From Basidiobolus meristosporus CBS 931.73 (taxonomy: Eukaryota > Fungi > Basidiobolomycota), in NCBI GenBank assembly GCA_002104905.1, contig MCFE01000268.1, positions 1-64,000 on the forward strand: DNA of 64,000 nucleotides, written 5' to 3'. A program made the translations under genes and the position numbers. Below are positions 25,895 to 40,511 of the stretch, piece by piece; within the stretch, counting starts at the first letter, position 1; every line of letters starts with the position of its first letter. A model generated the notes under the pieces. The model did not search any database. It was not told the origin of the DNA and saw only the letters and a program-made list of their open reading frames with translations.

Positions 25895-27150
25895 CCTACA
25901 CCCCACCTATCTACATTACCCGTCCTGATTGCCCTAGTTTGTCTGTACCGCATTCTCCCCGCACGCTATATTATACTCCTAGCCCGAAAAGAATTGGTGC
26001 CACTAGAGAGGTGGATCTGGTGAAATGGATGTTCCCTCCGCCTTCGCTATCCAGAATGCAGCCCGTCCTCCCCTGACCTCACTTAATTTGATGCATCAAT
26101 AAAGTAATTAACTATGGATCCACCAAGATCGAATCGTTACTGCTGCCCTGAAGCCCGGGCATTGGCTACGTGCCCAGTGGCTAGCCACCGAAAACTCCGG
26201 AACGCGTGGGTCTGCTGGCCATATTCCAGGATGGGGAAGATAGAAAAGCAGTCCATCAGTATAGTCCTCGTGAAATCCCTTTTTTTGGCGCTTGACATCG
26301 CGGATATGGATTATGCTTTTCATAAGATTGTATATGGTAATGTGGAAATCGAATTACGCTACTGTGCAAGGGGGATTCCATGGCGGTCGTCGACGGAATG
26401 GTGCGCAGGAACTTGTTCGATGCACGGTCACCGGATCTCTCCATTTGTGGGATTAATTAACTTCGAATGCACCTTTCTGGTGCCAGGCGAGGTTGGCCAA
26501 GCTCTGGTCGCCCTGGACATCGCGTATGGGATCACCAGATTACGAGATCAGAAGCGCTGGCAATCTACATCGAGCGGATGACTCTTGCGAGAAAGCCCAG
26601 AATTCCATGATCCGCTTCGAGAAGCGCTCTTTCCTAGATACTGACAAAATAGGAATCCCACCCATCTCCACAACACGTATCATCGATTACTTCGTTGATC
26701 CGAGATTCCGTCCCTCTCCCTCACCAGTCTAGTGCCAGCGGCATGTGGGCGATGGTGGATTACGGGTCTGATGGATATTTCGAGACACTGATGCATTGTT
26801 TGGGCAAACCGGGCTGGGTTCTGGCTAGAAAGGCTAATGCTAAATTTAAGGGGATGTCTCACTTGCCTGCAGGTGAATCATGTTTCTGGTCAACCAATAA
26901 CACGGCACCTAGGTGCAAATTAGGATTCCTGCTCAGCTGCCACCAATTCGCCAATTCGTGAACCAAACATTCAGTCGTTTATTATCAGTGATGCAGAGGA
27001 ATGTACCGCATTGTTCGACAACTCCGGCCAACTCGCAAACAATCAAGCAATCGCGTGCAAAAAGGCTTGGGGACAACCTTCAGCATATGAAGAATAGTAC
27101 GCTACCTTCCAGCTGCTGTTACAAAGCATGTCAGCCCGACTCGGCTCAGC

Positions 27151-28003
27151 TCAAACCCCATTCTTGACTGCAGTGTAAATTAAAAACGGATGGACAGAGC
27201 TACGGGTGGTTCCGTTTTGGAAATCTTCCAGCTGCTCCTTAGGGATGGTCACCACGTCGATGTCGCCGAAGCCAAGACTTTTCAAGGTTTCGGTTAACAG
27301 CTGTGGGGTGTAGAAAAATCTCTCCCCCTTCAAACGCTCCGACATGTAGCAAATTGGCTCTTTTTCGCCGCTTCCGAGATTTCTCCCAAACAAAATCCCG
27401 TTGGGCTTTAACAAGTGGCTAACTCTTTCCAGGATCTTTTCTTGTTGACTTTGTGAGAAGAGGTGAAGGAAGCTGCCTAGGTAGATGATGTCGAACTCCA
27501 AGCCGGCCACTTTAGTTGGCCAGTCATCGCTCAGGATATCCGCTGAAATGAACTTGGTGGGTGAGGTGTCCTTGTCCTTGAAAAGCTCATAGCCAAGCTC
27601 GAGGAAATCCGTAGAGATGTCCAAACCAGTTAAATTTCCCGCCGGAAACCCATCCAGGGAAAGTTTCCGCAAGTCAGCGCCAAAGCAACACCCCAGATCG
27701 AGCAGCTTCAGATCTTCTCTTTTTTTGCTGAGCGCCAGAAGACTCGGGTAAAAGGGATGGGTTTTCATGCGAAGAAGCTTGAATTCCGACACGATGTAGA
27801 ACTGAAATACCTATGGAAGCAAATTAGCGTCTGGTCGTTCAGGAGGGTTGCTTTCCTACTCTTACATTCAGGGCTTTGTCGCGGACTTGCGAAACATGCT
27901 GGAATATAGCTTCTCTGTCACTCCACCCAAGGTACTCGCTAAAGAGCTGGTAATTTTCCTCCGACAGCACGAAGTTGTTCAAATTTGTGGAGCTTTCTGA
28001 CAT
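27151..28003 (-). CDS. Class I SAM-dependent methyltransferase (fungal AusD/Trt5-like family), 2 exons
   Basis: LLDLGCCFGADLRKLSLDGFPAGNLTGLDISTDFLELGYELF motif; upstream exon from ATG 28003 joins through a GTAAGA..CATAG intron. Confidence 0.88.
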
Positions 28004-28754
28004 AATCTATGTAAAAAGAAATACTCCATCCTCTTCGCTCTATATATACCGAAATCCACGTTTTCTTCGGCGGATTGATTTTCCATAAAACCCTCAAATA
28101 AAGGTGCGTTGCATGGTTATGGTGTTGAAGATCATTTTTGTTCTATCTATCCTCGATACAGCCAAATAGCATCAAGATCGATCGTGTTCGACAAAATTAT
28201 GACCAGGATACAGGTCCCTGCGGATGACGGGAAACCCAAGGTCCCACGTGCAACGAGAGGCGATTCTTTTCTGCGCTCTCGTCGTCAGCCCACGGCTCTT
28301 GACTGCCAACAACCACCACACCTTGCGACCCTGGAAAGCGCAGCGTTGATTTCGCGTTCTCGACAACTGCCCAAGGCCAACGGGCATGGTTGGTGATTCC
28401 AAAGATTCCGCTTCATTCATCTTTATATAATAAGCGTCGAAATACCCAATGAATAAAAGCCGACGGGACGACATAGAAGATTATCAATTAAAATGTATAT
28501 ATAGTGAAGGTGCACTGGAGATTGTTTCCTTCGATACTGGAGGTTTAGCGGGTACGATCAAAAATCAAAAATCCATGGGACAGAATAAAAACCAATAATA
28601 TGCTGTGATGAACGCGGGGCCCAATCCAACCGACGATGAAATGGTCACTGGCAATGAAAATAAATAGTGGTGCTTCTACGGCCGAGATGCTGACGCACGC
28701 CGCGCTCTATTTACTCCCTTGGATGCTTAGCAGGCAGCCTGATGGTCGAGCTGT

Positions 28755-30591
28755 TTAAAAATTAACGGCGTTTCTAGCACTCGTAGCCTTGGCGTGATTG
28801 GATGGCTTCGCTCGCTTGTCCTTCGATTGGGTGCCGCGGTTGGTGGCGGTGTACCGATCTTGGTATCGATTGGGTATTTCCTCCTGGACGGTCGACATGT
28901 TGGCTTGATAGCCCCTGCTTGGGTGGGTGCTTGCGCTTCGGCTCGATGTTTCACTTTGGGTCGGGGAGATTGGCCTGCCCACAATCCCAGCACCTCGTGT
29001 GTCGCTTGCATAGAGGGGCCTCTCGTCGTGCAACACTGGCGGGGAGTACATCTCAGGCATAGGCATCTGCATGGGTGCTGATGGCTCATAGTCGTGCTGA
29101 CTGTAGGGTAGGTTGTGTCCGTAGTGGTTTCCTGATGCAGGATGGTGTCCAGAAGGTATCGACCCGCTTCGTTCGGAAGAGTCAGAGGCCGATCGGCTAT
29201 CCACAGGAATGTAGTTTCTGCTACCAGGGTGAGGCATTGGGTGGATCGGATTAGGAAAGGCCTGTCCTTGTGGCGGCTGACCAACCATCAACTCTGGATG
29301 TGGGCTATCTATGTAGGGCAGTGTTGGAGCCCGCTGCTGCTGTTGAGGTGGGTGGTGTCTTTGCTGCTTGGCGCGGTATTCTCTATTCGCAGCAATGGTC
29401 TGGGCTCGTCGGTCGGACGTGCCGGAGGTTGCAGTGGATTCCGAGACCAATGAGCCTTTGCTCATTCGACGGGCGCCGTATTCAAGGCCACGAGGGCCTG
29501 GGGTTTCGGGCCCAGGGTCATCAACCAAATAATGAACCGTCCCTCTATTTTGAATGGGGTCCATGGATTGAGGAGCAACGGATTGCATCCTGATCTCCTC
29601 TTCAAGCACCTCGAGGTTGGGTTTCGTGGGTTGGATTGTGCCGTTCATCATCTGCTCTCGCATAATACGTTTACGGTTCCTGCTTCGAAGAAGCTCGGCA
29701 ATTCTAGATCATGACATACAGTTAGAAAGGTGCGAAGACAGTCACTTCCATACAGAGGCTACCTCTTGTCAATTTTGTGGCAGCAGTACTCTTTGAGATT
29801 CCCACGAATCTCACAAACTAGTGGAATGTATAGAATCGCTGCAAGTATGGTTTTGAGAGCAGACACTATGAAAAGAATACAGGGCACTCCCATCGTCACT
29901 AGCGAGATCTTCTTATCCAACTTGAAATCCTCCAATTTCTTCCAGCTTGGATCGTCCTTGAAGATTAAGTAGAGCACATATCCGTTCACACATCGACGTG
30001 CCGCTTCAGCAAAAAACAGTCTCTTCCAGCCTAAAGTGAACCGAAAGAACCCGTAAGTCTAACAATACGCATAGGGCCGGGATACCAGAAACATTGCGAA
30101 CCTTTCAGGGCGAAAAACACAAAGAAGGCCATCTCATCCTTGAAGCGTTTTTGATTGTGGATTTGGTTGAAGAAGCAGTAGTGGGCATATGACCGAAGGG
30201 TGTAGTACCGGTTGGCAATAATGGAGGTGAACGTAAAGGAAATATCTCTTGACAAAATCACTGCCCTTGCCTTTCTTGCCTCCAAGAACAACAAAATGTA
30301 CGAGACGAAGATAGAACCAACGAAAATCCACCGAACGTACACCAATTTCTGCACCAGTCGTTGAAATTCATCCACACCGGTAGACCAGTCGTTGAAGAAT
30401 ATGAGCGTTACGGCAGTATACAAATCCAGTACGTAAATGAGGATGGACTTGATGGTGAAGACGAATATAAAGCAGTATTTGAATTTGGTGATGAAGTTGT
30501 TCTCGTAAAATTCGTCGACGTCCACAAAGTCAAACTTGTGGTCGTTTATGACTTCTCTTTTCCATTTTGCTTCTCCTCCGCAACAGCACAT
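28755..30591 (-). CDS. KCH1: Kch1/Kch2-like (vacuole membrane / low-affinity K+ transporter) protein with Pro/Gln-rich tail, 3 exons
   Basis: KWKREVINDHKFDFVDVDEF, GWKRLFFAEAAR, GNLKEYCCHKIDKRIAELL after splicing. Confidence 0.88.
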
Positions 30592-32879
30592 AGGAAAGTC
30601 TAGGAATATTTACCAGCAAGACCGAGTATATTGAGTACCAAAGCCCAAACTGTAGTGAGCGCAGACAAAATAACAGTAGAGAGCAATACAGGAGAAGGGG
30701 CTAAAGTATGCAGAGAAGTAAACAAGGATGTAGGGAAAATTCAGAAGCAAGCGTCTGAGCGGTGGCAACGGCACACTTTTATGGAGGCAATGTGGGTAAT
30801 CCCAAGATGGGAAATGATCGGGAAAAACTTTCCGATGGTTGTGGTTTAAACTAGGGGGAGACGCCAAATCTGAATTTTGTGGGTCGAGTGTTCGGAATTG
30901 TTTCACAGTTGGGATTCAACAATGGCGAGTGCGCAAGACATTGAAGAGGGCCATGTATTCGGTGGCCCCCAATTCCACATCCGTCGACACTGCTCATAGC
31001 CAGTGAATCACCACTGACTGCATATCCCGCGGAGCCCGTATGAAATGAGTCGGAGCAGGATCCACTACACCAATTGACCTGCTGAATACGAACAATAAGG
31101 CAAGCCGGTCCGAAATCCCTGAAACGCACCTCCAATCCGTTCACTGAGCATGCGATACGACACCATGCAACAGATCCACCAACGGGTTCTACTGACCATA
31201 TTGTATTGCTGCCTGGCTGAAGCTGTTCCGTGACAATGGGCATCTTCGCAAGTTGCCAACTATTCGTACCAATCCCGTTCTGCTGGATGCGCAGTGGATG
31301 CGCCGTTATTACTTAATTTGAAATACGCGTATTAAGTGCGGTTGCATCAGATTACCAGATTCCTCTGTAATCCAGCCAACCATGGCCAGTAGTGACCGAA
31401 TATGGAACCGACGACTGGACGGAGTTGGTAAGCTGATCAACGCCAGGCCCCGAATATCAACTCGCACTGAGGTGTCGAATGGCCAGGTTACTTGCGAGAT
31501 CTCTGCCGGTTGTCAGCACTCTAAATCAGAAGCGGGATCTAGTGACCGGGTGGTGAAAGGCAATCCCATGATGTGGTGGTGCATCCGCCAATCCTTGCGT
31601 GGCAATTAAATGGCCTAGAGGTTGGACCCTTGTGGTCCACTCATTTCTGACGTTGAATTATTCTATCGATTACTAAATCAGCTGGTTAGGCGCAGTGGGG
31701 GTGCAATTGGATGTGACAATAGCTGGCCGCTTCAATATGTTATGTTCACTTCATTCCTTGCTTGCCTGTAATACTGGAGTGAGCATGCAACGATGCAATT
31801 CAGTCAGGGAGCGGTGATACGTCTGGTCAGACCGTTCAAATTAATTGCGGTTGCCGAATATGGCAAGAATCCAGCCAATTCAGCCTCGCTCTTGTGTTAC
31901 TATGTTGGATATTGAGACAGCTGGACTCGGCGTTATTGGACGATTCATTTCATTTTCCATTTTCAAATGCAAGGTGCCATACAGCTGACCACTTCATGAA
32001 TGATTTATAGCCCGCCATTCAGTGTCGTTCAGTCTCCATGAGGTGAATCCCGAAATCACAGCAACATTCCCAGTGATACCGATTGCGGAGAGACTCGATG
32101 TCAATCACCATGGTTGGCAAGTGTTACGTCTTGCTTGTGGTATAGATTCCGGGTCTCCGTTCTGTTTTCCTGCGTACAGCTTGGTCGTGAAGCGTCGAAT
32201 CGAATCTCCATCCAGTATTTGGTCTATTTGAGCAGTTCCCTGCATGTGATGGGCCTGATGCTTCCCCAACCAGCAATATTCAAATGCACACCAGCCTGGC
32301 AAGTGGGCATGCATATAGGCGAATGAATGACTTACGTCTGAGATGGTAGACGGGCTCTCATCGCCTGGATCATGGATCCCTTGGTAGTTATCTTGAATTG
32401 ATGCACTACCCAATACAGACTGCGTTCCATCAGGATTGATGGCTATGGAGACTATGAAAACATTCATTGCTTTCCCTTCAAGTTGGCCTAGGTAGTCGTT
32501 GCACTGAAACCGACCAAACCAGAATCTGGTGGCCTATAGGCTGTATTTTACCTCTAAAACCGTGTGCCAATGAAACATGTGTGTGATGTTTCGAACATCT
32601 CTGAAGTATCCATTTCAATTCCTCATTACCTGCTAATACTTGATCTGGATAGAGTCGCAGGAATGTTTGATCTCACCGCCTGCCTAAAGGCTGTGGATTG
32701 CTCATCCACGGAGTTTGCCAGATTTCTGTCAATGCAGCTATGTAATCTTGTCACTTGATTGTATCTCAATCAGTTTCTACCAAGTCAACTTTGCATATGG
32801 GCAGTAGGGTGGAGGATTAGCAATGATATAGTGCTTAAACATAACTGTAATACAGGGGAATCTCAATACATATATATGC

Positions 32880-33780
32880 ATCATATGGGCCTCCCAATAG
32901 GTGAAGCATGATCCTTTATTTCCTATACACCCAGCAAGATGGAAGAGTGAGTGGATACATTAGCAGCAGAGACTCATGTGCTGAGCTCAGTGCTTTTAGT
33001 ATGGCTGCTCAAATCCTTTCACAAATTCCCTGTATAAAAAATGTGGACATGCCACATGGGGAGTGGTGATCTACTTGTGAAAAAGTATTCCTACAATGCC
33101 AACATATATGACTCCCATTGTCTCCAGTATACTCTTGGTAGATGTAGCTTCAGAAGGCCACATAAATGAATACATATCCAGTTCATTCAATCCTTGTATT
33201 TGTGTTATTTCATATGGATATTAATATTGGATTTTGTGGAGAGTGTTTAGGGTGATGGATACTCTGTAATATCTTGCCAATTCTTTAAACTTCTCCAATA
33301 CTTTGGAGGGCCCATTTAGTTTGAGATGCCTTATAAACAGCTGGGCCATTGCTACTGGGATATAGTTAAAGCATAAATGTATTGCACCAAGTGAAAAGTG
33401 ATTGCTTCAGCCAATTCCTTCCATCATTTGTATTTCTGGTATAGATTAGCTCACTAGTCTGCTCAAGAGCCAGTAGCTTGCTGGCTGTGCTGCAATAACA
33501 TGCTGACATCTTTACAATCCCTGAGGAAAAATGGTGGTCTCAGTAGTGGTCTTTATATAATGATAATGTTCATAGCTACAGAGCAAGTCTTCAGAATCTC
33601 ATACACTAATTACCAACACTAACCATTATGCCCAGAAAAGCCAGCTATCCTGCTGATGGCTGGTGTGCCCCAATGCAAATGATAATATTTGCTTTGACCT
33701 GGTTGCCATTTACCTCCATTTACTGGAGAGCACTTTAGGCCAAAACATTAGTGACACCACCATCAGATTCCTACTCTTAT
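32880..33780 (-). pseudogene. Heavily degenerate Ty3/gypsy pol fragment (protease-RT)
   Basis: Frameshifted translation gives EVNGNQVKA (protease-like), GAIHLCFNYIP, YYRVSITLNTLHK and GLNELDMYSF...IYVGIVGI, collinear with gypsy RT motifs. CpG-free. Confidence 0.5.
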
Positions 33781-34081
33781 ACTGCTAGATTGGTGTCCAG
33801 TTCATGTTGATGAGAATGAGTGGCCAGCAGAGCCTGCTTTAAAATACTTGTCAAATAAAAATTCATCAAGAGCCAAGGCAAAGACATGGACATGCAAATC
33901 TTTGAGATATCCCTTGCTTCTTGGTTATTTGTAATGATTGCCATCAAGTATATAAGGTATGTTTGTGTTTCAATGATAATCAGTGAGGTGTATTATAGCT
34001 TTAAATACTTATTGGACCACATGAGCTTCCTGGACAAGGTCTTAACAGATTAAATTCATATGGTGAGCAAAGTGTCTTCAC

Positions 34082-34430
34082 TGTTGTAAGAGTCTTGGAG
34101 ATATTGGAAGTGATTGGGAGGACAAGTAGATTATGTGGTTTTCACTTAATGATTTATTGAATGTAAAAGTAGTATTGATACTTTTACCTGGTCTTGGCAT
34201 TACAAACACGTAAAATAGGTTAAGGAAGGCCCCAAGAACATGTGTGCAAAGTTTGGGGCTGTTTGGACAACTTTGAGAATTTTCATGTTCTGGGTACCTG
34301 GTATTTTGGTGAAAATATTCTAAGTAAATCCCGACAAGGAATTTGGTCAGTATTCTCTAGGATTTAAGGGTAATGATCTAAGTGACTAAGTTAGGTGAAT
34401 ATTTAGGTGTAATTACGAATTTTTACAATA
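34082..34430 (-). mobile_element. Solo LTR (349 bp) of the Copia family present at 59428
   Basis: Reverse complement matches 59428-59759 with about 20 mismatches plus a 17-bp indel (by-eye count). TGTTG...CAATA termini; 5-bp flanks TTCAC/TTCAT. Confidence 0.9.
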
Positions 34431-34710
34431 TTCATATGGTGAAGAATTCCTGTCAAGTGGCAAACCTTACAATAGTGGTACTTTCTAGTGATAGTGCCAT
34501 GCAGCTATTGACACATGACAGTACTATCTTAGTGTTTGTGTCATATGTTGCCAGCTGCATTACTGTTGTTCACTTTTACCATGTATATAGTAGATTACAT
34601 CCCAGAATGATCATGATAGCATGTTGTACAAGATTCTCACAGCCTCCATTATGTTACTGATGGGAACATGCCACTCCACCTGCCAACATACCATATTATT
34701 GACTAACAGA

Positions 34711-37700
34711 TGCTGTTATATATAATGTAAATACACCTACATATTCACCTATCTTAGCCTCTTGGATCCTTGTTAACAGATCTTACTGAGTCCTGGTCAA
34801 ATTCTATGTCAGGATTTAGCTAGCACATTCTCAGAATAATGTTAGATGCCCATAGCATGAAGCTTCCATGGTTGTTCTGACAGCCCCAAGCTCTGCACAT
34901 ATGCTCTTGGAACCTTCCTAAGCATACTTTATGTGCTCATCTTGCCAAAACTATGTCACATTATCAATACTGCCTTCACAATCAGTAAATCATTGTGTAA
35001 AACCACTTAATATACCTGCTCTCCCAAACACTGCCAATATCTCCAAATCTCTTACACATGCTATGAGACCCAAGCTGTCACTCTCTGAAAGGTATACCAC
35101 TTCTATCACTGAAACCCTTCCCTTTGCTGAAAATTTGGATGGACCTAACTAACAAGTTTAACAGGTCAAGATCAGAATGCTGCTACAGGAAAGAGACCAT
35201 TGGAGTACTGTTTTGGGAGCAAATTGCCCTCCAGAAGGTGTAAGAAAAGAAGCTTTAGAGCACCAGAAGAAAGAACAAAGTGCCTTTAACTGTATTTGAC
35301 TTACTGTCAAAGACAAACTGCTAAAGCAGCAAAACATTCCTGGAAGACATTGGAGGACACCCACAAGTTATATTCAGCAGTTAATAAAATGCATCTTAGA
35401 TGAATATTTCTATTACAAAGATGCTTACTGGAGGAGAAATGAGAAGCTGATTAGCAGTATTACTCTGCTAGCTGATGATATGAAATCTGTGGGCATACAA
35501 ACTACTGATAAAGATATGACAGGTACCCTCCTGAGTAGCCTGACAGACAAGCTTCAGTGCCTTCTATGAGCCCTAGAGTCCAGAGCTGTAGATATGACTT
35601 TACATTATATATATGGAAGACTCTTTAATGATTAATTAAGAAAATCAAGTACCAATAAAAAGAACAACAAAATTGCATCCATAAGATTGAATAACTGCCA
35701 AAGAAGGTACCCAAAACCCTTACAGGTAACAGCAAGCTTGCTTTAAGCTTGTGCAAAAGGAAAGGGAACACACCAGACTGGTGCTTCAAAACAGAGATAA
35801 CTAGCAGAAAAAGTATGTGGATGGAAATGCTGCAATAACTGAGGATGGACCATTCATAGCTGCACTAAATATGACCACAAGCAAGGATTTTTACATGTGG
35901 TATATTAACTCTAGAGTATCTTGATACTTTGGACACCAAAAATGACTTTTTACTAAGGATCCAGATATTTCATTTAAGAAAGCTTTCACAGGTGATGATT
36001 GAATGCTTGATGCATCCAGATAGGGAGCTGTTTAAGTATACCCCACAAGTAGTGAAGGAAGCAACACACTTACTTTGAAGGAAGTACCTGATACACTCAT
36101 CATAGCCAAGAACTTGCTGTTTGTGAGTAAGGCCACAGCATAAGGACTCAGCCTCAGTTTTGACAATTCTGGATGCAAGATCACTGATCAAAATGATAAC
36201 CATATTGCTTCAGATATCAGATATTGGACTTTGTATAAGTTGACTTGCACTTCATCATAGCTAGAAGCCTCTATAAGTAATCTAAATGAAGATATGCCAA
36301 AACATTGGCATACCAGATTTGGACACATCAAATTTGATTATTGGAATAAAATGATCAAAAAACAACTAGTATCTATAGTAAATGCAGATCCCTATCAAAT
36401 TTGAATCACTATGAAGTATGCAAGTATAGGAAACAAGCCAGATAAATGTTGCAGAGCTATGGGCCAATCAAATCTCAGAAAAACTGGATCTAACCCAGTC
36501 ACATCTGTGTGGACATTGAAAATTTATTCTTGGACAGCACAAAGCATTTGATTACATTTTTCAATGATTATATAAGATACATATGGGCCTGCTTCATGGA
36601 CAGTAAGGAAGAAGCTATACCTCAGTTTTGGGAGTTCAAAACCATGATGGAGAGTGAAACCATTGTAGCGGGGTCACAGCAACACCCACTGACAGATGTG
36701 CTCATTCCCATATTTTCTACTTCCCTAGTTCTCTACTGCACTTATTTTGGTTTTATCCCATTTGTCTAACTTGATCAGTACTATCCCATAAGCCAGCTGA
36801 CTATTGCACCTGCTTACCTTATTGCATAATTCATTCCTCACTTTGTGTAAGATTACTAGCTGTGAGTGCCTCTATATTAGGCAAGTACTCACACCATGCT
36901 GACAGCCAATTGACCTTGGAGGCACTACTTGTGTGGAATACTCATAGTAGGTATCTTTTACTATATTTGATTCCTTCCCAAGTTTGTTCTTGTACAGGCA
37001 AAGATACTTTTCTGTCTTTGTAACTATTGACCACAGCCACATTCTTACCAAGTCCCTGCTGGTGAAGTTAACAGTTGACTTGACTTTGGAAGCTTTAGTA
37101 CATTGCCATCTCAAAGGATGCTGAACCCAGCACATACTTTTGTTAAGATGTTAACTAAGTTGGGGATTATAGCTCAATAGTTCTCCCTTGACAAGCTTGT
37201 GGCTTTATTCCCCATCACATTAGATTAGAGACAGAACCCAAGTATTCCTAGCTAGCTTTTGCTAGAGGTTACTGCACCCAGTGAACACCCTATACACAAA
37301 ACACTTGAGAGGTGTTGGACATATCTCTCCCTTGTGCTTATACACCACCACACCAGCAAAAGAAAATATGCTCTGACATTGATGGACAGTATATCTTGAA
37401 ACTCTTCATCCACTTCTGCAAGATTCATTGATAAAGCAAGAGACTACTGTAATCCACTTCCCACATCAGAATAGAGCATCGAACTGTACCAACAGATCAA
37501 TGATTGATATGGAAAGCTTATGATTCATGATCAAAACTAATATTTAATATATGGTCAGAGTCAGTTGCTACTGCTGTGTATCTCAAAAGTTGGGTCTACA
37601 GCAGAATTCAATGTAATTATACTCCACTTGAGGCATGGTATGGATATAAGTCAAGCACAGAGCACCTAGAAGTAGCTGGCTTCACAGCATGTGCCCAGAA

Positions 37701-39291
37701 ATCAGACAAAATTTGGGTCAAAAAGTGTAAAGTGCATATTTTTGGGCTACTGCAATGAGAGTAAGGCATACAGACTTCAAATACCAAAGCCAAGGTGCTG
37801 ATCAGATCCAGGGAGGTATTGTTTGATGAAAATATGAAATGTATGCACAAAATGTCATCCAATGTTGACAGAAATGCCATCTCAAGCCCAACATTAGTCA
37901 GGGTTAAATAAGAAGAAACCAATGAAAGTATTTCACTCCAGAGGACTCTACAATCTTGATTAAGCCTAAACTGGTACCTGGGAATAATTCAAAGATAGAA
38001 AATCCAATCAGATTAGAAATAGCCCAAATTACTGCATCAATGGGGTACAAACTTAGCATATGTCTGTTCAGTCCATACTGAAGAGTCCCATAGTGTAAAT
38101 GCGGCTCCAAATAGCACTCCAACAAAGTTTTAAGATCTGAAATGACTGAGTAATATCATACCCAGATAGATAATCAAATTTGGGACCAAGTCTGATTGCC
38201 CAACAACCAAAAACTAATTGGGTGCAGATGTGTCTTCAAGATAAGATATTAGGCTGATGGTACATTTGAAAGACACAAGGCATAAGTTGTGGCCAAAGGG
38301 TGCACTCAAACAGAGGGACTGAAGTACACTGCAACCTTTGCACCAGTAGCAAAGTTTAGTTTTATCAGACTAATAATGACTATTGCGGCCAAATATAAGT
38401 TTATTAGTAACAAAAGTATGTAAAAACTGCATTTTTGAATGGGGAACTTGATGAGGGCACCAACATATACTAGCCTGAAGAGTTTTTTCACCAAACTAGC
38501 CCCCATTTGATCTGAAAACTTAGGAAATTCTGATATGGCTTCAAGCAATTACCAAGTACTAGGAAAAGCAGCAAGATTCATGTTTAAAATCCCTGAATTT
38601 TGAAAGATGTACTGCTCACTCTGGTATCTGTTATAAGTAATATAGAGCTAATCTAATTCTAGTAGCTCTATAATTGGATGACCTTGTTACAGTCACCAAT
38701 AGCTAAAGGGCATTAGAAGTGACTAAGTCCAGCTTGTATAAGTAGCTTGAGCTGTCAACAATCCAGCTTTTCACAATAAAGCTATGAACAGAGATATTAG
38801 ACACTACTTCATGTATGAAGCTGTAGAGAATAGCTTGGTCAACTTAGTTTACTATCCTACAGATGATTGATTGCAGACATATTTACCAAGCCATTAGCTG
38901 GTAACAAATTTGACTATCTTATATTTCAATGAGCACTAGTTAATATGAATACTCAATTGAGTGGGGGGTGTTTCCAACTCTGTAATCAAACCTAAGCATC
39001 AGCCCAACTTATTCAGTCATATGATTGCCTATAAATCTTAAAGAGTTTGGACCTGATTCTATGTTGTGATATACCGCAAATATTTTCATCAAAATATCAG
39101 GTGCCCAGAACATGAGCTTTCCCAAGCACTGAGCACATGTTTGTGGGACCTTTCTAGGTATATTATGAGCATTTGGTTTGCTAAGACCATGTAAAGTATA
39201 AGTCCTACTTTTACACTCAATAAATAACTGAGTGAATTCCAAGTGATATACTTGTTCACCCAGTCACTTTCAACATTTCTAGCAAAGAACA
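34711..39291 (+). mobile_element. Older degenerate Ty1/copia element (5' LTR about 34711-35058, gag-pol remnants, PPT about 38957-38968, 3' LTR about 38969-39291)
   Basis: Collinear similarity to 59428-64000 (AAGCTGTCACTCTCTG after the LTR, gag, integrase, RT ...CCAGTAGCAAAGTTTAG). Many stops and an internal deletion in RT/RNase H. Confidence 0.85.
36664..37352 (+). mobile_element. Solo LTR of a second family (689 bp) nested in the Copia integrase region
   Basis: TGTAGCGGGG...CACCACCACA matches the reverse complement of 42201-43271. Flanks CCAT/CCAG; host Copia sequence resumes after it. Confidence 0.85.
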
Positions 39292-39309
39292 AAATGCCTT
39301 TAACTCCAT

Positions 39310-39740
39310 TAATCTTAAAACCCCTATGAGAAATCTCAGTGGCAAATTCATTGAATCTTTATGTGGTAATCTGATGGTTTTTGCTGGTATTCAGCTGGTG
39401 CTTCTGCCTCAGATCTTCAGTTGTAATTTATGAAGGAAGTAATGAGCAGCTGGTAACTAAACTTAGTGTGAAAGCTAATTGCTTTAATCTTCCCCTGGAA
39501 AGGATGTCTGCATGTCCATAATGAGCCTAAAGCCTGAGGTACTGAGAGTGATGACTTTTGCGACAGTTGGAATCTGGCTGATATTATGTTGGTATTTTGC
39601 CAGCCTTTTGTTGGTCTTTTTCTTAGGGAATGTCACAACACATTGATTGTTTGATATTCAAGAGCAATGGTAGCAAGGAATACCTTGAAGGTATTAGTGC
39701 ATACTTATCAATAATATTCAGTTGCTAACAAAATCTGTCT
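39310..39740 (-). repeat. Dispersed repeat family X, copy 2
   Basis: Similar to 44696-45120 (same strand) and 1230-1545 (opposite strand). Confidence 0.65.
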
Positions 39741-39749
39741 GAGATAAAA

Positions 39750-40290
39750 GCTTTGTATTGAAGAGATGCCCCATAACGGAAAATACAAGGTTAATTGGCA
39801 GAGTTAACAGCTTGGTTTATGAGATGGAATCAGTAGGTTTACAGTCTACTGATAAAGATGTCACAGGTACCCTGCTGAATGGTCTGACTGACAGGCATCA
39901 TGGCCTATTTGTAGTTCTGGAGTCCAGTATTGAAAATTTACTTACTATATATATGCAATGCTCCTGGATGATGAATTAAGATAATCAAATGCCAATAAAA
40001 AGATAGAAGAATATACTTTGATAAGCAATGCTAGCCACCAAAGGGGGTGCTCAAGACCCTTTAAAGGAGAAGACAGGATATCTTGTGGCTAGTGCAAAAG
40101 GAAGGGATACTCATCACACTGGTGACCAACAAAGTGAGTGGAGTAGCAAAAAAGATCTAGGCACTGAAATGCAGCAACATCTGAAGATGAACTATTTATA
40201 TCTCATTCAGTATTACCAGAAACAAGAATTCCTAGATGTGGTATGTGGAATATAGAACATCTGTTATTTTGCAACTAAAAGTACTTTTTT
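39750..40290 (+). pseudogene. Copia gag fragment
   Basis: ORF 39758..39979 (LIGRVNSLVYEMESVGLQSTDKDVTGTLLNGLTD) aligns to gag in 59521..61254 (LINRITLLVDQMKSVGIPTTDEDVIVNILNSLTD). Confidence 0.75.
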
Positions 40291-40511
40291 TGCATTGCAA
40301 TCATATCCCAACTGAGGAGGCTTAGATGGTTGATAACAGGATGCTGCATGCAATTAAGCAAGGCACTATTCAGGTAAACCTCAGTAATCATAAGGGAAAA
40401 TGCAGCTTTCTATTGGGCTCAAAGTGTCCAATCTAGGTAATAAGGTTCTGGCACCACATATGCTTGTACGTGTAACACCATTTCCCCTTTGGTCAGACTC
40501 ACTTCCATATA

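Noticed and set aside
23756-28003. Acetyl-CoA synthetase + methyltransferase as a secondary-metabolite cluster
   Set aside because: No backbone enzyme (PKS, NRPS, terpene synthase); neighbours are housekeeping genes.
28727-29593. Multiple overlapping ORFs on both strands
   Set aside because: Shadows of the GC-rich Pro/Gln-rich last exon of the KCH1-like gene.
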